A DNA stretch of 64,000 nucleotides. It comes from Phyllosticta citribraziliensis (lineage: Eukaryota). Shown one piece after another: positions 1 to 10,630 of the stretch. The stretch spans positions 930,001-994,000 of the forward strand of contig NW_027117349.1 of the NCBI RefSeq assembly GCF_038025025.1, written 5' to 3'. The notes beneath the pieces were generated by a model. It had not been told where the DNA came from, ran no database searches, and saw only the letters and a program-made list of their open reading frames with translations. Position 1 is the first letter of the stretch. Every line of letters begins with the position of its first letter. Both the position numbers and the translations under genes were made by a program.

Positions 1-1106
1 CGAGGGCTGGGCTGGGCTGGGTTCCCCGGCTCAATGCAGCCGCGCCTCGCGCACCAATTCTCGCGAGGGGGCCAGCAATGATTTTGTCCGTGGCAAGCAG
101 CGCTTATGCAGCGTCGGTACTGTACCTGCGCGCTGTCCTCTTTCAATTTTTATTAGTCCTGCTCACAGCTCACATTGCCGGCGGCGATCGAAAGGCCGGG
201 CGGCACTACGTCAAGTTTCCCCACAGTGTGCGGGGGGGGGGCCTGGACAGCTGCCAACCCAAAGCCGGGCGCGACCTGACGAGGACTTGAGAGAGAGCGA
301 GCAGAGAGGGCACAGCACAGTCCACCGGTTCATTGCAGCCGTCCGCGTCCGCGACCGCGACCGCGACCGTGGGCCATATCTTCAATCTATTAGTTACCAT
401 CGGTAGGTAGACTGCGTTGCGCTGCATCCAGATAGGCAGGGGTCGGGGGTGATCTGGGCGCGTGCCGCCGCCAGAGAGAGGCGAGAGGGACGGCTGCGCC
501 GTACGGTGCCGTATTCATGCTCTCCCTCAGTTGTATGTATGTAGCCAGGAACGCGAGGCCCTCGCCAACAAAGAAAGTCACAGAAATAACCAAATGCACT
601 TGATTGTCAGTGCAACGTGCGGCATTCCTGGGCTGAGGCTTGCTTTGACTGCAGGCCGGCCTCAGCGCCATCCGATGGCATCGCGAATAGCAATGGCGCT
701 ATGCCCATCAGCCATGTCCATGGCTTGGCTGGTCACGCTGGCGCCGCCCGTCAGTCCACCTGATTCATCACCTCTCCCAGGCGCCTGGCCGTACACCTCC
801 ACTCCCGCATCCAGCCCTCGCCAGAAACACGACCTGTCCTGTCCTGTCCACATCTTTTTGTTTGCTTGCTCTTGCTCCGTCTCCGCTCCGCCTTCCCTGT
901 CACTTGAACGCTGCGCATTCCCGAATCACCTGCGCGGCACGGCCACTGTGCGGGGACGCTTCACTGTATCATCTCCATAATTTTTGGCCCGCCCTCAGTC
1001 CGACGCATCGCTCCCTATCTCCTGGATCTCGACAACCTTACTCTCACCATCCCTCGACTCTCCCCTTTCCCTCCCTTCTCCTCCCTCAACCTTCTCATCT
1101 CTCACC

Positions 1107-2528
1107 ATGACGGCCACAAGGGTATGTTTGCCCATCTCCCGCCCGCCCCCCCCATCTTCACCCTGTCGCTAACCCTGAAACCCCCCCAGGAAATATCGCG
1201 CTCGGCCAACTCGCACCGATCTTCGATGGCCACTGTAGCCTCAAGTTTACCTTCCCGTCATTCGCACTCCAGAACTTCCAGCTCTCTGTCTTCCTCGCTC
1301 AACCCCACCCACCGCGTCTCGCGTCGGAAAAGTGTCTCCACCGCTGCTGCCAGCAACGTCGCCGCCATGGCCGCTGCCGTCGAGTCGTCCTCGGCCCCTC
1401 GGAGAACGAACAAGTCTACCCTGACCCCTCGCGGCCCGCAAGGCTTTAGCCACGCTCCTAGCAGCGTTCCAAGTGGTGGTTCAGGCTTCATGGGTCCCGC
1501 CAGCCACGCCAAGGGCAGTGCCGTTGCTGACGGGCCCCCACTCATCTCGCTCGACGACAGGAACAACAAATCCCGAACAAGACGAGCCAGTGAGGGTTCG
1601 CGCGCCAAGGAGGGGGGCAAGCGTGCAAGTGGTAGCGAACTTCGCTGTGAAAAATGTGGTAAAGGGTACAAGCACAGCAGCTGTCTCACCAAGCATCTGT
1701 CAGTATTAACCCTCGTCCGCATACCTTCACACGCCGGAGTTTGAATGCCCTTACGAGGACCCGACCGCTCTCGATTGAAATCACTCGTTGACGCATCACA
1801 GATGGGAGCACACGCCCGAATGGGCCATTACCTCGAAGCTGCTCATCTCGAAACATCAGCAGGTGCAATTGCTCGAGGCCGCCTCGGTCCTGGTCAACAT
1901 GAACCACGAGGCCCAGGCCGAGTCGGTCAAGGCGAGCGAGAGCGACCAGTCGTCGGCCTCGCCCGATGGTTCGTCCTCCGACTATCGCGATGGCATGAGC
2001 TCGGCAGAGACGACCCCACCGCCTCAAGGCGATGACTTGGCCGGCTCGTTTGGGCGGTCCTTCCCCGACAAGCGATTCAGCAGCAACAGCAGTGCCTACT
2101 CGCAATCCTATCAGTCGAGCGCGTCCATCTTTTCCGAAAGCGTCCCCAATGCTTACTACCACGACCGTCCCACCACATCGGGCACGTCGACGACCGTCTA
2201 CGACGATGAGGACCAGGCCGACTTGGCTGCCGCTGTCGGTCTGCTGAGCTGCAGCTTCGGCACGCCACAAAGCAAACCCGTCGTGCTTCCGCCAGACGTG
2301 CCGCCCGTACCGCCCCTCCCCGCGCGTTTTGCCGGCACCAGCTTTGGCTCGACCGCCGTTGCGACCCCGCCCGGCGAGCACCAGTACGCCACTTCGATGC
2401 GCTCGTATTATGCTTCCCGTCACAAGGAAGAAGATGTCGACATGGACGACGACGACGAAGACGACCACCGGCGGCGCGGTCGCAGCGATGACGACGACGA
2501 GGGCATGTTCGGTCGCATGGAAGAGTAA
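1107..2528 (+). CDS. C2H2 zinc-finger protein, probable transcriptional regulator
   Basis: Exons 1107-1121, 1190-1698, 1802-2528. Introns GTATGT..GCTAAC..CAG and GTCAGT..GTTGAC..CAG join in frame and complete the finger CEKCGKGYKHSSCLTKHL|WEH. The rest is S/P-rich with an acidic tail. Confidence 0.85.
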
Positions 2529-3214
2529 AATCGTTCGTCGGTCCGTCGGCTCTGTCCTCGGTTCGTTAGCTTTGTTTTATAAACAAAATTTTGGATCCTA
2601 GCTCCGCACCAGACAACCCTCACCTCTCCGGCACCGAAGAGAAGACTCGTCGTGCGCTCGCTTTCTCGGGCTGCTGCTCGGACGTGCGAGGACACATGTA
2701 GTCTTCGAGGTTAAAGTGGGGAGGCGGGCTCGCGTCGAGCAAGGATCCTGTCACATTCAGCCTGTTCACTGTCGTTGTATTTTCCGTTGGCGGCATTTTC
2801 AGGTGTCGGTCATTGTCACAGCAGCTCCAGTCGCTACCGGAACTTTTTGTTCTCTTGTTCTTGTTGTCTTGTGGATGATTTTTTGCTTCTCTTCGCAATT
2901 CTTACTTGGACACACACAGCCGCTGTCGGTCATTCCATCAAACCAAACCCACCCACCCCCTTCTTGGTCATTTCCAACTTGTCGGTTACGCGGCTTTTTC
3001 TGACAGTGTGGAGGCATAAAGACAAAAGCGTTGTTGTCGGTTGAGGGAAGCGAATCGTCGTAAGGGAGCAGTCGGTTGTTGTCGTCGACTCTCGGTGGAC
3101 CAAAGAGCGGCGGCGGTCCACGGTGACGAAAGCGCGAGCGAGAGGGAGCGGCGCCTTTGGGAGATGTATATGGCGGTATGAATCAAGCGGATGAGAGCAT
3201 GCGAGTCGTGCAAG

Positions 3215-4538
3215 TCATGCGATGGGTGAACATGAGCCACAACCACTGCCACAGCATCTGCAGCAACCTGGGGTCGTCAACGTTAGGGATCGCTGGGGAA
3301 AATGCGGATAGCAGCGTAGGTCGATAATATAAACCAGCAAGGCGCGCTCGTTGACGTCGCCATTGTTGCCACCCAGCTCCCGTCCGTCCATCCACACCCA
3401 CATATACCCGCTCATCATTTTCAAGTCCCTCCCCTCCCCTGCCCCCCCACACGCCGCCCATCACTCTCCCCCTTGGCGTGCCCTTGACTCCCTGCCTGCG
3501 TGCTTCCCTCCCCTATCGGACTGTGTTCCGCCTCCACGCTCCACGCCCCGATCGTCTCCCTCCCCCGCGTCGTCGTCGTCAATGTCAGGTCAGGTCAGGT
3601 TGCCTCGACGGGCGCCGCCGCTGCGCCGGCTTGGAATGCGGGTGAGGGTGGCTGGCCTGGATGGCATGGCATGGCATGGCGATCAAACTAACCGTCACTG
3701 GCCGCCCTTGGAGGACGACATGTAGGTTGGTAGGTACCCACTCGGAGGTGTATCATGTACGCAAGCGATCGTCGACGTTGTGCCCTATGGACCTACAGCA
3801 ACCCTGCCCGCCTCTCTCTCGTTTGCGTTCCTGGAGGAGAGACCGCTGGCTGACCGTCTACCTGGCTGGTTGTCATTGGAGACTCCTCAGGCAGCTGGAT
3901 GAGTTGCTGGGCATATATCCACTCTCGACACAATGTTTTCCAAGAGTCAAAGAAGCTGCTACGGCTGGCTACCTTATAGGCAGCTGCTGCTACACCCGAC
4001 CGCTCGCTCGCTCGGCTACGTTTGGCATGGGGTAGGTAGTTGTCGTTGGTTCGGTCAGATTGCACTGGACGCCTGGAGCAGGTGAGTAGGTACCTTACCC
4101 TGGATGTTCTTATCTTTGCTATACAACAGGGCGTGGATGTTGGATGCCGGTGTCGAAAGGAATTGCCTTGTTGTTCTGTCTGAGTTTGACTTTGCTCTCT
4201 GCTCTACTATTCTGTTGTAAGGTAGGTACATAACTATTTCATGTCATGTCAATTTCTTTCGTCCGTCCCCTCTTCTCATTCATGTCTACTTCCTCCTTTC
4301 TTTCTCCTTTGCCTTATCGTCCGCGCTGGAATGGAAAAGAAGAGCTACAGCACAATCACACTTCCCCTTGCTCCTCTCACTCTATTGTCCAACTCGTCCA
4401 TCCATCCATCCGTTCACTCCTCTACCGGCGACTTCCGCCCACCAGCAGAAACCAACAACGACCAAGAAAAGAAAAGAAAGCACCCGATGACGTACACATA
4501 CATCCGTAGGTCCGCAGCCGGAACCAGGCGCCCGACAT
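3215..4538 (-). CDS. Candidate small multi-exon protein (MSGAWFRLRTYG..KDKNIQ..); structure uncertain
   Basis: ATG exon 4538-4502 ends at GTATGT. A 20-nt exon 4118-4099 is flanked by TAG and GTAAGG. Candidate last exon 3267-3215 follows CCCTAAC..CAG. Keeping the frame needs an extra micro-exon or an alternative donor. Confidence 0.3.
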
Positions 4539-5284
4539 CGTCGCAGGTGGGTATCCGCAATGACGTCGCCCGCTATCGGTGGACCGCCGATTTGCCTGGC
4601 CGTCCCGATGCGCATCGTCGGAGCGCCGGCAGGGGTACGAGGGGTGGGGCGGGGCGGGCGCCTGGGGTCATCCGTCGCTGTGGTGGCGGCGGTTTTTCGG
4701 GCCGGCTTTTTTTTTTGTGCGTGGGTGTGGTTGTGGGGTACCTACGGTATGTTGAAGCTGGTTTGTTGGCGATGGTTGATGGGCGATGATGATGGTTTTG
4801 TTTTGGGGTGGGGGAGATTGTGTGAAGAAGAGAAACCTGAGGAGTGGATTCTATGCTGTTTGTATGGGGAAGGGGACTTGTGGTTATGAGAGAGCTATCA
4901 TTGAGGTGAGATGAAGCTTTCTTGAGGAAGAGGTGATTTTTCTCTTTCCATCTTGATTCCTTTCCTTCCCTTTTTCTCCTTCCTCTTTTGTAAAGACCTT
5001 TCAGAAGGAACACGTACCAGAAGAAACACGCATTTCTCAATTGGCGGTCCAGCATCGCTGCTCCGGTAAGTCTGCCTTCTCAACCCTTCCAAGCCCGCAT
5101 GCTCCCTGAGCTTGAGCAACCCCCATCCACCAACCCCTTGAAACTGCGAATCCTTCCAGTCAATCGCCGTCTTTGTCGCAGTCGCTTCTGTTGTTGTCAT
5201 GTGGCACGATATGCCTCGGATTGTGAGTTGTGGGTGTCTGTACCACGCTTTCTTAGCCTGCCTCCTCGCTTGCTTGCCCTTCCT

Positions 5285-5314
5285 CTCGCCCTCGCCCTCG
5301 CCCTCGCCCTCGCC
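5285..5314. repeat. (CTCGCC)n microsatellite
   Basis: About 5 tandem hexamer copies read directly. Confidence 0.9.
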
Positions 5315-7321
5315 CGTGCAACACATGCTCCGTTCGTCCCCAGCTTTGCATGACGCAATTGGCCTGCAGCATAACAACGCGCCGAGTCTTCCTGTGCCCT
5401 TGACAGTCAGGCTCCTTTGCTCAGAGCCAAGCCGCTCTGTGGTAGGAAATGGAAGGTACCTAGGCATGTACGAAGATAGACACTCACACCGCCTGGCCCA
5501 GTAGAACCACGGAAATCGTACCTTGGACTGCATCTACCCCTTGTCATCTGCCCCCCACACCAACCCCGCTCTCCGCGCCGCTGTTGCTTGCTCGCTTGCC
5601 GCATTCCACGGCCCTGCTTGCCGAGGTGCAGAGACGGTATCGGTATCAACTCTACCGATGTGTTTCCATTCTTCCGGCGGCATTGGTACGATTTACTTAC
5701 CCCTGCCAAGTGGGCGGATGCCCCAGCTTTCTGGGCCGGCCGTGGGGTTAGCGTGGGGAGTAGTGCGGACGTGGAGACGACGACGCTCTGCAGGCGACAC
5801 GCACTGGAGTTACATACAAGCTGGGCGGTTGGCACACCGAAGACAGAAGCACCAGAAATTCCTGATGGACTTTTGGTCGAGATGAGTAGTGCATCAGGAG
5901 AAGAAGTCCACCCGTCCCGAGAACGATACTGCTGGCACCATCAGCATCTCTTGACACCGCCCTCCGGTTCCCCTCCGTACACGGCGAAAGGAAGCGTATC
6001 CATCATCCGATTCAATGCTTACACAGCACACACAGCCTCTCGCTCGTTCGCTTGCCAACTCAACGTCCACCCAACTCGCCTCATCTCACCTCCGCCATAC
6101 GTGTGCCCTGTCGGCCGACGCGGAGCCCGTCCACATTTCCATTCGTTTCCTGCAACAAGACATGTAGACGTCGATGTCTTCTCCGCGCTTGAAGAAACAC
6201 CGATGCCAGCCTCACGCCAACATCCCAACTTTTTGCTCCGACTGCCCTATCAGCCAATCCCCGTCGATGTGAAGGTATCCCTGCCCTCCATTGTTCAGCC
6301 ACCTCACCTTGCAGGCTCACCGCACCGCCACCACACACTCGCTCTCCAGTCGTCCAGCGAACATCCACGTAGCTGCGTATCGGTAGGTACCTGACCTTAC
6401 TTTGCCCAGTCCGTCTGTCCGTAGCTCCCGCCGCCAGCGTGCCAGCCTCCCGCTGCGCCTCCCGCTCAGCTCAGGCTCCAGTCAGGAGGATGTCACTTTT
6501 CAAGGTTCCCCCTTCATGTCTTCCGGAGTCTCGGTGTCAATCAATGGGTGAGGCACATACAGCTACGCGAATTGCGACCTCACATATTCACATTGTGAGC
6601 GAGCTTGAATGCTCCGCATCCCTACGTCCCTCAACGCCAACCACCGTCAAATTTCTCCAATTCTTTTTTGGGTCGTGTGCGGCGACATGTGACGACAACA
6701 CCAACCCCATCCTCCCCGCCCCTTGGCCACCGCTTGGCCCTTCGCTCCAATAACCAAGCGCCCAAATCGAGCGCGCCAAGCGAGCGGGGGACATCCAGTC
6801 GCAGTGTACCCGGCTCGGCGTCGGCGGAGTGCCAGTGTGTCTTGGTCTGCGATTGATTAAGGCACTGGCCGGCTTACTCACCCACCTACCCTAGGCTGCC
6901 TATGCTGCTTAGGCACCAGAGCTGCACTGTACCTAGATGCCGCATTGCTGTGCTGGACGACACTTTGCACGGCTGTTGCCGGCGCTTTGGCGGAATTGTG
7001 CTGGTGGGTATGTCGTGGCGGCTCTTCCGTATCGGACGTGGATACCGCTGGGGAGGCTGGGAAGTGTTGTTTCTGCGGGTACCTAACCAGGAAGTCGATG
7101 GCTGAAGCGAATCGCCGCACAGCTGGCGGTAGGAGCCGGAGGACGGGGAGCTCACCTCCGTGGTCTGCACGCCTGCTGTACTGGATCGGCGCAATGATAG
7201 GTGGTCTTGGGCAGCCTAGCGGGGCGGAGCGGAGCGGAGCGGAGTGCTGTGCTTTTTCCGCTTTGGGCTTGGTGTGTTGACAGCATTTATCCCTATCACT
7301 TCCTCCTAATAGACCGATAAT

Positions 7322-7825
7322 TCATAGGGAGCATTCCTCCCTATGACTCCAACCAAGGGTAGACTCTTAAGGAGCGTTCAAGCTCATCGCTTGGCGAGAA
7401 GTAGGCCGCTCAGGGACCGTTCATTCACATCACCTAGCTGGAAGTGGCCCGCTCAAGGAGCATTCATGAACATCACTTCAGCCCCCAAAAATAAAAAGTG
7501 GATAGTACAGACTCTTAAGGAGCACTCGTGCGCATCACTTCAAGCAAAATAGTGGGCAACTGTCATGGAGCATTCATCCACATTACTCCAGCCAAGAAAG
7601 TGGGCGACCGTCAGGGAGCATTCATAACCATCACTTAACCTAAGAAAAGCAGGCGATTGAAACGCACAGGGAGCATTCATCTCCCATGAAATTAACCAGT
7701 TGTGCACGGTCAGGGAGCATTCGTCTTCATCACTTACCCAGAAGCAGCCCTCTCAAGGAGCTTTCACCTCCATAACCTCATGGGCAATAGAAACGCACAG
7801 GGAGCATTCACGCCCACCCGTTCAA
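7322..7825. repeat. Array of 11 degenerate direct repeats (core ANGGAGCATTCA..CATCACTT) with variable spacers
   Basis: GGAGC cores start at 7328, 7371, 7414, 7457, 7519, 7567, 7615, 7670, 7714, 7757, 7801. Periods are 43,43,43,62,48,48,55,44,43,44 nt. Confidence 0.9.
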
Positions 7826-8300
7826 GCCCATTCTCCCCACAAAAGAGAAGCGCCAGCAGCGTTTCGAACACCGGTCCACCGACCCTCCTCACCGCATTCG
7901 GAAGCTCCAAAAGGCAAAAAGATCTGGCGATCGTACCACCGCGCCACTAGTCTGATGAGCTGGGACTTGGTAGGCAGTAGACGCGGTGGGTGGGGGTGTT
8001 GAGGGAAGAGTGAGCAGATAATGTGATATATATACCTGTGCGCTGGGAGATGGAAAGGAGAACGGATGCGTGTGCATTTGAGAGAAGCTTTAAGCGCATA
8101 TTCAGACTACCACGCCGAGCACCGAGTAGCCGCAGCTGGCTTCCTTGACAGCGCGTCTTCGGCATCAATGCAGCGCAGCGCCTCTCTTCTGTTTCTGGAA
8201 TCCGGAAAAAAGTAACGCGACGCAGTTTAACTTGAACCCCCCAGCCTCGTCCTATTCCAGCCCATCTCAGCCCAGTCCAGCCCAGTCCAGCGCGGGCCGA

Positions 8301-8341
8301 AGCTCAACTCAGCTCAGCTCAGCTCAGCTCAGCTCAGCTCA
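8301..8341. repeat. (AGCTC)n microsatellite
   Basis: About 8 pentamer copies with one mismatch. Confidence 0.9.
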
Positions 8342-9482
8342 CTGATGCTTAGCTTCGCCTCGCTTCTTCCGGACACACTCAGATAGCACACTCAGATAGC
8401 AGCAATAGAGTTCCCCCGGTGGGCAAACGACAAGGTGAGGTAGGGGTCGGGTGCGAACAGTTGGACCGAGCGCGCGGTTACTTGTCCGCCCGACAAGGTT
8501 TGCGAAAAGGTTCCGAAGGTGCGGTGCGCCGTATGCAAGTATGCTTGTGTATGGGGCGATGGCAAGGAGGGAAAAGCGGAGTCTGAACGTACGGGGTGCA
8601 TGCGGGCGTTTCGATTGTTGGTCTGGGGGGAGGAGATGGGCCGATGTGTATGTATTGTACTGTATGTGGTTCGGGACTTTTTGACACGATGGGACAGGAG
8701 AGGTTTGCGGCACGAAATGCACATGTGAGGCTGTGAGAGAGTGGCCAAATGTAGGTTAGAACGGATGGACGCGCGCGAGAAAAATTGGAGGTTGGGTACA
8801 GCTCGAATGCGCAGACACACCTGAAGGATAGACATGGACGGCGGTCTAGACGTCAGTTCAGCAACAAGCTCCAAAACACCAAAAATTTTGTTTTCGACAG
8901 TGGCTGGCTGACCGGCAGGCGGGCGGGCGAGCAAGCGCGTGCGAGGTGCATCGCCGCTCGCTCCGCAGAAAGGCCCGGCTGCGATAGAGTTTGCTGCTCG
9001 TACGGCCTGGAAGGGGGACGTTGGGAGCCAAGTTCGGCAGGCCGTCTGCTTGTGGAGGACAGAGACGAAAGTCGGGCAGAAGGAGGCTGTAGGGAACCCC
9101 CTGGTTCACTGGGAGAGGGGGGTTTCGGACAGGGATAAACCCAACTCTGGCATGTCGTGTTGAAGAAGGGCCAGGTGGGTTTGAGCTTATGTGGAGTTGG
9201 ATAGAATTGATCACCATAGGATTCGCGCAGCCTTTTCTTCAGTGTTTCATGGAAGAGTGATGATTGCCCGTCTCTGACTTGGGTCCTTGCTCAAGTCGGT
9301 CCGTCCCGAGCAGCCGGGATGGATGAGGATTAGCATGCACTTCTTCACGCCAACTGGGATCTTTGCATAGTCAGCATGCGGCAAGTTGTACCAACGCTCC
9401 AGTCATTGATCTAATTCCTTCCTTGATGCTGACCAATCCGATGCTCTTTCTATTCGTATACACATCTCGTTGCCCGACCTTA

Positions 9483-10514
9483 TCATAATCCTGGCATGCC
9501 AATGATTGCCCTCAACGCAGGGACACCTCTTGGGAGAAAGTAGACAGCCCAGATGGTCATCCACGCGACCAAAAGCCCGGTAAACTTTTCGAACCAGGTG
9601 TGGAAAAAGGCCGCAGTCATGAGCAGCATCCACCAACTCAGAGTCATGACAGCCAGCGCAGCCTTGACTCCAACTCCCGGATCTCTTTCGCCGACCTGGT
9701 TGGCGTTGTCCGCTCTGGCCTCCGCTGCCGCAGTCCTCACTTTGCCATCATCCATGACCACTCTCCTGCCGTCGCGAAGTCCTTCGGCCCGCGTGACTGG
9801 GGGAAGAATTTCAAACCACAGCAGCATGCTTCCCAAGATGAGCAAAAAGACGTGCCCGCTGATGTCGTGTCCGCCTTTCCAGGCACCACCAGCGAGCTTG
9901 CACGTGGCAGCTGTAACATATTCGCGCGTGTCCGACATGGTCTCTCGCGCTTCGGGATCCCTCACCAATTCGCATTGTCCACCGGTGAATCGGAAAAGCG
10001 TATCAATCAATGGTGGTCCAAAGCACCACTGGGTGACGAGCACCCATGCCAGCGTCACCAGGGCCCAGCGCAACAATCCACGAAAACGGCGGGGAGTCAG
10101 AGTAAGCCGCATCGGCGGGCCAAGCGAAGGATGCGTGAACAAGAACAGGAGAGTGGCAGCCGTTGTCCAAGCCCAGCCCTTTTTGACAAAATAGACGTTG
10201 AAGATGTTTTTCTTGGTTGCAAAATACGACGGGGCGACGTCGACCGGGTGAGACTGGGTGGCAGCACTGTAGGGTGTGTTTCGCGTCGTCGGCGAGATGA
10301 TGGAGAAGATGGAGCCGAGAACGAGTGTCGCGGGGTAAATGGAGAGAAGGAGGAGCTCGAGACGCGTCGGGAGAAAGGGTGAACGCGCAGCGGGTGAGGT
10401 GCGGAGAGGACTGCGGTCGTGTTTCGAATCGTCCATGGTGCCAGGTTGGCTGCTTGAGGAGGAGGTGGTGTCGGCGACGCCTTCGTCGGGAAGAGGGCGA
10501 CGCCTGGTGGACAT
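9483..10514 (-). CDS. SCS3: FIT-family ER acyl-CoA diphosphatase / fat-storage-inducing transmembrane protein
   Basis: Single exon, likely start MSTRRR at 10514. Motifs FATKKNIFNVYFVKKGWAWT, TQWCFGPPLID, GGHDISGHVFLL and MTAAFFHTWFEK; several TM segments. Confidence 0.93.
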   Translation of the reverse strand: MSTRRRPLPDEGVADTTSSSSSQPGTMDDSKHDRSPLRTSPAARSPFLPTRLELLLLSIYPATLVLGSIFSIISPTTRNTPYSAATQSHPVDVAPSYFATKKNIFNVYFVKKGWAWTTAATLLFLFTHPSLGPPMRLTLTPRRFRGLLRWALVTLAWVLVTQWCFGPPLIDTLFRFTGGQCELVRDPEARETMSDTREYVTAATCKLAGGAWKGGHDISGHVFLLILGSMLLWFEILPPVTRAEGLRDGRRVVMDDGKVRTAAAEARADNANQVGERDPGVGVKAALAVMTLSWWMLLMTAAFFHTWFEKFTGLLVAWMTIWAVYFLPRGVPALRAIIGMPGL

Positions 10515-10608
10515 GATATTGCAAGATGGAGGACGTTTCTTGTTTGTGAGTCGAGCGCCGTGATGCAACGCGAAGTTTCCAGTTGGCGATGACGTCGACT
10601 TTAACTAC

Positions 10609-10630
10609 ATCACGTGACTAGGCACGTGAC
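10609..10630. promoter_or_regulatory. Tandem CACGTG E-boxes upstream of SCS3
   Basis: ATCACGTGAC (10609-10618) and GCACGTGAC (10622-10630), about 100 nt upstream of the SCS3 ATG. Confidence 0.45.

Noticed and set aside
5588..6394. 268-aa + strand ORF
   Set aside because: Non-ATG start, no codon bias or domain signal; compatible with chance in GC-rich DNA.
7322..7825. Repeat array as a CRISPR locus
   Set aside because: Eukaryotic context, no cas genes, degenerate repeats, and spacers that resemble one another.
7322..7825. Array as tandem C/D-box guides on the minus strand (GTGATG..CTGA)
   Set aside because: CTGA is intact in only 3 of 11 units and I recognise no rRNA target for GGAGCATTCA.
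7952..7989. CTGATGAG as a hammerhead ribozyme core
   Set aside because: The required GAAA after stem II is absent.
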